This document shows, in pieces, positions 56,191-64,000 of a DNA stretch of 64,000 nt. The position numbers and the translations under genes are program-made. The notes beneath the pieces are model-generated. The model was not told the DNA's origin. It made no database searches and saw only the letters and a list, made by a program, of their open reading frames with translations. Numbering within the stretch: the first letter of the stretch is position 1; each line of letters opens with the position of its first letter. Source of the stretch: Octopus vulgaris. Lineage: Eukaryota. Where the stretch lies: contig OX597817.1 of NCBI GenBank assembly GCA_951406725.2, positions 105,028,001 through 105,092,000 on the forward strand, read 5' to 3'.

Positions 56191-59100
56191 ATGATCAAGA
56201 TTGGTTGTGTAAATGTGCGTGGCTTGGGGTCCCCTTGGAAACAAGGGTACCTCTTAAATGACATAAAGTCACATAAGTTAGAAATCATAGCCATAAGTGA
56301 GACCAGACTCCACAATCCGCGGGCCCTAAAGACCATGTTTGGCGGACAGTTCAACATTTATTTTCCCCCTGTCTGCCGAGAATGGGCGGTAGTGGCACCG
56401 CGGTACTTTTTCACAAGAGTCTGGATCTCAAAGTAAGGACAATATTCGTAGACCCGGAGGGTAGACTGGTCGTCCTGGATGTCGACGGCAGCAATGGGTG
56501 CGCTTTTCGACTCGTATCAGTCTACGCACCGCCCTTAACAGGCCGGGCGGATTTCTTTCAACGTCTAGAAGTATTCTTGGGAACGTCTCGTCCTTTACTC
56601 TTAGTGGGGGATTGGAATGCTACCTTGGACACGCATGTAGACTACGTGGGTAGAGATAGGAATAGACGGGGATGCAAATGCCTCAGAGACCTGCTCAGAC
56701 GCTTTCAACTGTCTGACAGGTTCCGACTAGACCACCCGAATGCGCCAACGTGGACATGGAGCAACCGCATCGGGTCGTCGAGATCGTATCTAGATAGGAT
56801 ACTGTGTAGGACAGTAGACAGAGATAGCATAGGATGTCCACAATTCCACATAGTCAGCTACACGGATCACAAACTTGTGACATGTACGCTAGACTTAGGT
56901 AAGACACTTAGGCAGGGTCCCGGATACTGGAAACTAAACGCGTCTTTCCCATCGAGACAGGTTTTCAGAGACCGGATTAGCACACTAGTAAAAAGGGCTT
57001 TGACGGGAGCCATCATCAACAACAAATGGTGGTTTGCCCTCAAGAGAGCAGTAAAAGCAGAAGCGAAGGTACAGCAAAGCACTAGCCATAGATAGAAATA
57101 GAGTAGAGGGTGAGCTAGTTAAGAAGCTAGAAGAGGCAATTAGAAGCGGCATCGCATCCGACGTTTTGGCGGCGAGGTTGGCCCTCGACCAACACTTCAA
57201 CGCCAAACACGAAGGATGTGCTGTCAGAGCTAGGATGCGTGCTCTAAGGAACGAAGGTGTTGGAGCCGCGAGAGAGGCCCGGGTGGCAGAGGCGCAACAG
57301 GGCAACAAAGCCACCATTCGGTCCCTGGTAGATGAACAGGGGCGCGAATTGCTCGAGCCAAGTAAAATGTGTGAGGCCTTTCAGCAGCATTTTGCCCGAC
57401 TGTTCGGAACGAGTGGAGGGCAAGAACGTAGGGTGGACTTCAGTGCCTACCTACATAGCCTGCCACGACTCTCGACAAGAAAGGCAGGGTGCTGCGAAGG
57501 TGCCATCACGGCGGCGGAAGTGCAGGAAGCGATGGCAGAATGCTCGGGGGACAAATCACCGGGTTTGGATGGTCTACCCTACGAGCTTTACAATTGTATG
57601 CCAGACTTGTTTGGAGATCTCTTGGCGGCGGTGTACTGCAACTGGCAGCAAAACGGGAGCATTCCTGGTTTTGTGAGCCGAGGAGCCGTAACACTGCTGA
57701 AGAAAGATCTAAACAAGGGAAATGTAATAGATAACTTTAGGCCCATCACTCTGCTTAATGCAGACTTGAAAATTTTGGCCAAGGTGCTAGCCAAGAGGTT
57801 GGCGCTTGTCATCGAGAAACTGGTCGACAGGGCGCAAACATGCGCCGTGCCAGGCCGGACCATCCATGACAACCTCCACCTGATGCGCTACATCATAGAC
57901 AGGGTAGTTAACGAACCTGGCATGGGTGGGGCGCTGATCAATTTGGATCAATCGAAAGCTTTCGATAGGGTGGACCATCGATACTTGGAGGCGGTCCTTG
58001 GAGCGGCTGGCTTCGGTCCCGTCTTCCGCGGCTGGATAGCTGCTTTGTACAGAGGCATCCGTTCGGTAATTCGCGTGAATGGACATCTATCGAGACCCTT
58101 CGACATCGCACGTTCGGTCCGTCAGGGATGCCCCCTCTCGTCGCTTCTATACGTATTGACTCTCGAGCCATTATTGCGGAAGCTGGCAACCTTGAGAGGC
58201 ATCCCGCGAGAACTGGGATGCGGGACGAGCGTGTCTGCATACGCGGACGACGTCACCGTCATAGTGTCTAGCCACGAGCACATCGAGCAGGTCGGCGAGA
58301 CACTGAAAAACTACGAAGCGGTGACAGGAGCGAAAATCAACCGGGAAAAGTCAGTGGGCTTGCGACTAGGCACCTGGAGAAGCAAGCCCATGCCGTCCAC
58401 CAGCGCCTCCGTCGTGGGACGCTGGACCGACGGCCCGGTTGAGTTGCTCGGGGTCTGGTTTGGTCCGGACCTCCAAGTGGAGAAGAACTGGAACGAGATA
58501 ACGAGTAGGGTGGTCACTCTCGCCCGGCAATGGGCCGAGAGGAAACTGTCCCTAAAAGGTCGGGCGGAGGTGGCGAACACGTACATCGCGTCCGTCATCT
58601 ACTACCGCCTGACCGTCGTACCTTGTCCCGACCCTACCATCACCAAACTACAACGCATTCTCTTTCGCTTCTTGTGGAAAGGATGCGTCCCGATGGTCAG
58701 GCGATCCATTTGCTGTCAACACCCGTTAAAAGGAGGGCTGGGCATGCCGTGGTTGATGATGCGCAGACACGCGCTGAGACTGCGACATCTCTGGCTCTAT
58801 GTAGACGACGGTGAACAGGTGTGGTCGCCGTTTGTGAGGCACGCTTTCCCGCAGCTCGTCTCCATGACCGAACTGCAGTCGTGGATCAAAAAGAGGCCGA
58901 AGAAGGGCGAATGGCACCGCGAGTGTCGCGTTGCTCTCAAGCAACTCTGCCGTCCTGGGTCGACCTTGAGTGACTTCAACACAACCAAAGCATTCTATAG
59001 GGGTTTAGTGGAGGGGAGGTACGACGGACGAGCTCGGGGCGAACCTGGACGTCGACGAGGAGTACCTGACCCGCCTGTTCAGGACGACTTTCGGGCCAGG

Positions 59101-59626
59101 GCCCATGGACAACTTCCAGAGATCCCTGGCCTGGCAGTGCTACCGAGAAGCGCTACCCGTTCGGGATAAGCTCTACAGACACGGCTCGAGAAAAACGGGG
59201 CCGACCTGCCCGAGATGCGGTCAGAGCGACGAAACCGTTCTGCACGCACTCGTGCAGTGTCCAACAATTTCCGACCTGTGGGCTTGTGTCGAACAACTGC
59301 TGTCACGTGTGGGACGAGTCGGTTTATCAGCTGAGTCTATCGTTAATATTGTCACGCCTCCCTCCTTCAAACGGGAAGGAAGAGCTATTTTCATCATCCT
59401 TGTGGCTATGGCGAAAGAATGTATCTGGTGGACGCGTCTGAAAGGATTGGAGACAAACACTTTCCTCTCTGGTCAATCTCTCATCAACTTCTTCAAGTAC
59501 CACTTGAAAAGGAAAGTGAGAGTAGAGAGGCAAGTTTTGTCTAGCGAACGTTTTAAAAAAAGATGGGTGAATGTAGCAAGAATGGCACGTATGAATGACG
59601 AACCCACCTTGAGCATGATCCTATGA
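56191..59626 (+). pseudogene. LINE ORF2 (APE endonuclease, reverse transcriptase, CCHC) with three frameshifts
   Basis: NVRGL, SET, VYAP, GDWN, LDRI, TDH (APE); SPGLDG, FRPITLLN, DQSKAFD, RQGCPLS, YADD (RT); CPRC..H..C; breaks near 56370, 57065 and 59025. Confidence 0.92.
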
Positions 59627-60006
59627 ACGCAGAAATTGAAAACAGAGAGTTGCTTATTTGCAAAAAAAAAAAAAAAAAGAAATATAACATGTGACTCCAT
59701 TGACCGAGGTTACCGTGGTCTTTTCCGTAGGCTTTTCTTTCCACGGGTAAACCTCACCTGTCCTCCCCTTTACACTTCATATTGACATTTCTGTGATAAC
59801 GATCCCTATTGATAATTTTTTTTTTTTTTTTTCCTCTCCCCCTTTTTTTAACCCCCTTTTTTTGTCCTCTTTCTCTCCTTTTACGATCCCTTTTGATCGA
59901 AACTCCCCCTTCCTTTCTTTTTTTTTTTTTTTTTTAAACCTTCAAAAGAAAAGCTCTACCTTGTAATTTGTTCTATCTGTGTGCAGCCCTGTGTGGCTAA
60001 TAAAGA

Positions 60007-60007
<1 letters not shown>

Positions 60008-60087
<80 letters not shown>

Positions 60088-60270
60088 CCTACCTACCTAC
60101 CTACCTACCTACCTACCTACCTACCTATCTATCTATCTATCTATCTCTATTTATATATCTATCTATCTACCTATCTACCTACCTACCTACCTACCTATCT
60201 ATCTATCTATCTATCTCTATTTATATATCTATCTATCTACCTACCTACCTATCTACCTACCTACCTACCT
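60008..60270. repeat. (TCTA)n/(CCTA)n tract, right flank of the LINE
   Basis: Direct observation. Confidence 0.95.
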
Positions 60271-60596
60271 AAAAAGTTTAATATAATATAAGTATAATAA
60301 TACTTATTATATTATATTAAACTATTTAATACTTTTTGATAGTTATAAAAAAATATAAAAAATTAATAAATTAAAAAATTAGAAAATTAAAAGTTTAAAA
60401 ATTCAAAGATTCAAATTTTAAAAAAATATAAAAATTTATATATATGAATTAAAAATTTTAAATTTAAATAATTTAAATTTTAAATTTTATATTTTATATA
60501 TTTTGTATATACGCAGTGGAGCTATACAATAGCGTCGTATTTATTACGATCGCTATTTTCCAGTAAATATCGGTACTTCGTTGTACCATTTATTTA

Positions 60597-61096
<500 letters not shown>

Positions 61097-61210
61097 TAAC
61101 ACACACACATTAATACACATACATACACACACACACACATGTATGTATGTATGGATGTATGTATATATGTACATCTGTCCACTTCTTGACATATTTTTAT
61201 CCTTCACTTC

Positions 61211-61248
<38 letters not shown>

Positions 61249-61351
61249 GCACACACACACGCACACACCTTCTTAGCTTACAATTTTCTTTCAACAATTG
61301 ACACTGTCATATATGTATATGTTTGCGTGTCTGTGTGTGTAAAGAGAAAGT

Positions 61352-62210
61352 GGGAGAAAGTGTGATAATAGGCGGAGTAAAGCCTTTGAAGTGAGAGAGG
61401 GAAATCGTAAAATATTGAGTTTTCTCGAATTTTTGCTTAACTGAGGGTCAAATTGAAAGAAATTTATATGCCATGACCGAATGGAATGTACTTTGAAAAA
61501 TCATAGGTAAATTCCAATTGAAGAAATTGTGTGAGGAGTAAATCGTTATGTATTTATTTGTTTCTGTTTGCTCTCTTTACTCTTTTTTTACTCTTTTACT
61601 TGTTTCAGTCAGTTGACTGCGGCCATGCTGGAGCACCGCCTTTAATCGAGCAACACGACCCCGGGACTTATTCTTTTTGTAAGCCCAGTGCTTATTCTAT
61701 CGGTCTCTTTTGCCGAACCGCTAAATGACGGGGACATAAACACACCAGCATCGGTTGTCAAGCAATGCTTGGGGGACAAACACAAACACACACACACACA
61801 CACAAATATATATATATATATACATATATACGACAGGCTTCTTTCAGTTTCCGTCTACCAAATCCACTCACAAGGCATTGGTCGGCCCGGGGCTATAGCA
61901 GAAGACACTTGCCCAAGATGCCACGCAGTGGGACTGAACCCGGAACCATGTGGTTGGTTAGCAAGCTACTTACCACACAGCCACTCCTGCGCCTGTATTT
62001 TTTTTGAGTAGTGGTTTAAGGTAGACTTGCAAAGAGAAAGTAGGAGAAAGTATGGTAATAGCAGTTGAAATTAGAGAGGCAAATCGTAAAATATTTACTT
62101 CTCTCGAATTTTTGCTTAATTGGGGGTCAAATTGAAAAAAAACATTATATGCCATGACCCAATCGAATCTACTTCGAAAAATCATAGGTAAATTCCAATT
62201 GAAGAAATTC
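61352..62210 (+). repeat. ~170-bp direct repeat split by a SINE
   Basis: 61352-61528 is similar to 62043-62209. Confidence 0.75.
61590..61995 (-). mobile_element. Full-length SINE (family B)
   Basis: tRNA head ggagtggctgtgtggtaag..ggttcagtcc, central microsatellite, 3' body. Confidence 0.85.
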
Positions 62211-62294
62211 TATATTGTACAATTGTATTAAAAAGGAACATGGTAACAGGCAGAGAAAATCTGCCTTTTATCATAAGAGATATATACATATATA

Positions 62295-62502
62295 TATATA
62301 TGTGTGTATTTGTGTACTTGTCCCCCACCATCGCTTGACAACTGATGCTGGTGTGTTTACGGCCCCGTAACTTAGCGGTTCGGTAAAAGAGACCGATAGA
62401 ATAAGTACAGGCTTACAAAGAATAAGTCCTGGGGTCGATTTGTTCAACAAAAGGCGGTGCTCTAGCATGGCCGTACTCAAATGACTGAAACAAGTAAAAG
62501 AG
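62295..62502 (+). mobile_element. SINE (family B) 3' half
   Basis: Matches the family B body. Confidence 0.8.
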
Positions 62503-62506
62503 TAGT

Positions 62507-62537
<31 letters not shown>

Positions 62538-62603
62538 CACACACACGTATCTATACACACACACATATTTTAATAACAGTTTGATTCGACTTCATGTAAC
62601 TTA

Positions 62604-63240
62604 CGCGGGGCAGTTGAAAAGTTCATAGTTTGCCCAAGATACTCTCATGGAATGTGACCAAATGAGGTTTATTTTTCAACAAAGTCCCCCTATGCGGTCC
62701 GCACACTTCTTCTATCGGTGTTGCACTGTTTGGATCCTATTGGCAAAGAAGCTTTCATCCACTTGGTAAAAAAATCAACTGCAGATATGACGTTATCATC
62801 ACTGTGATATTGATTCCCAGCCAACTCTTTTTTCATGTTGAGGAACAGATTATAGTCAGAAGTGGCCAAATAAGGAGAATAGGGATGCTAATCAGGTTCA
62901 AAGACACAGTCACACACAGCAGCCATTCAAACCAAGTATTTGTGTGCTGAAGCATGGTCCTGATGAAACAAGACCCCTTCCATCAGTTTTCCTGGACTTT
63001 CATAAGACTTTCATAAATGCCTAAGCAAGTTGGCATAGTACTTTTCATTGATGGTGTGATCATTCGAAGACAATCAATAAACACAATGCCTTTTTTACCC
63101 TCAAAAACTGAGGCTATCATCTTCCCTGCAGATGAAACGACCTTGGTCTTCTTTGGAGCAGGTTTAGGAGGGGTGTTTCTTCTGCATGGATTGTCTCTTT
63201 GTCTCTGGCTGTAAGTGATGAACCCAGCATTCATCGTATG
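62604..63240 (-). pseudogene. mariner transposase 3' half with TIR
   Basis: DECWVHH, PKKTKVVSSAGKMIASVF..KGIVFID, LFHQD.AS.H; end TA|CGCGGGGCAGTTGAAAAGTTC. Confidence 0.8.
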
Positions 63241-63249
63241 TATGTATTC

Positions 63250-63621
63250 TTGTGTTTGTTTCAGTGTGACGGTGGCCATGTTGGAGCACTACCTTTTAAT
63301 CGAACAAATCGACCCCAAGACTTATTCTTTGCAAGCCTAGTACTTATTCTATCGGACTCTTTTGCCGAACCGGGGACGTAAGCACACCAACATCGGCTGT
63401 CAAGTAATGGTGGAGGGACAAACGCAGACACATAAACATATACACACATTTATATACGACGGGCTTCTTTCATTTTCCGTCTACCAAATCCACTCACAAG
63501 CATTTTTGTCGGCCCGCGGCTATAGTAGAAGACACTAGCTCAAGGTGCCACACAGTGAGTCTGAATCTGGAAGCATGTGGTTGGTAAGTGAACTATTTTC
63601 CACACAGTCATTCCTGCGCCT
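63250..63621 (-). mobile_element. SINE (family B)
   Basis: Similar to 61590-61995. Confidence 0.8.
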
Positions 63622-63721
63622 ATGTATATATATATATATATATATAATGCATACATATACACTTATAAACGTACATACATATGTACATATATTTACACAC
63701 ATACACGCGCGCGCGCACACA

Positions 63722-63770
<49 letters not shown>

Positions 63771-63872
63771 CCCGGACTTAGTAGTACAACTATGTGTTAT
63801 AGAAATCATTATTCAGGAGATTGATAAATGCAGCTACGAAACTCTCAGCTATTGAGTTACTATGCTGTTATA

Positions 63873-64000
63873 TCTATTATATAAAATCTGTTCTGTCTGT
63901 GTGTGTGTCTTCTCGGATCTCGGGCATCCTCCATCCAATTGCGCTCAAATTTGATATGTAGATACCGACTGTATCAGGGTGTATAGAAATCTTGAAAAAA
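63873..64000 (+). mobile_element. Helitron-like 5' end
   Basis: TCTATTATATAAAA start followed by gtctgtgtg repeats; runs off the window. Confidence 0.45.

Larger units (their letters stand above)
54971..60007 (+). mobile_element. L1/Tx1-clade LINE, 5'-truncated within ORF1
   Basis: ORF1 zinc knuckle, ORF2 APE-RT-CCHC, pyrimidine-rich 3' UTR, AATAAA 59999-60004 followed by (TCTA)n. Confidence 0.92.

Noticed and set aside
55213-59744. Alternative-frame and antisense ORFs within the LINE
   Set aside because: Expected shadows of GC-rich coding sequence

Overview
Eukaryotic, AT-rich, microsatellite-dense DNA with no prokaryotic features. The SINE families and repeat landscape resemble an octopus/coleoid cephalopod genome (inference). 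Most ORF-track entries are microsatellite translation artefacts. Supported content: (1) a 5'-truncated but nearly complete L1/Tx1-clade LINE (54971-60007) inside a (TCTA)n/(CCTA)n tract; (2) several R4/Dong-clade LINE remnants bounded by (TACA)n tracts, including a stack of three different 3' ends; (3) many Penelope-like remnants with GIY-YIG fragments and pseudo-LTRs carrying canonical or variant hammerhead-ribozyme motifs, often as inverted repeats, including a near-perfect 327-bp-arm palindrome and a ~1.7-kb-arm inverted duplication; (4) Tigger/pogo, mariner, hAT and Helitron remnants and many tRNA-derived SINEs; (5) a candidate spliced host gene on the minus strand with phase-compatible GT-AG exons at 35571-35638, 29146-29261 and possibly 23224-23386, and an X-box-like motif upstream. 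The strongest leads are the partitioning of transposon clades among microsatellite types and the association of Penelope ends and hammerhead motifs with inverted duplications. All calls were read by eye, so boundaries are approximate.
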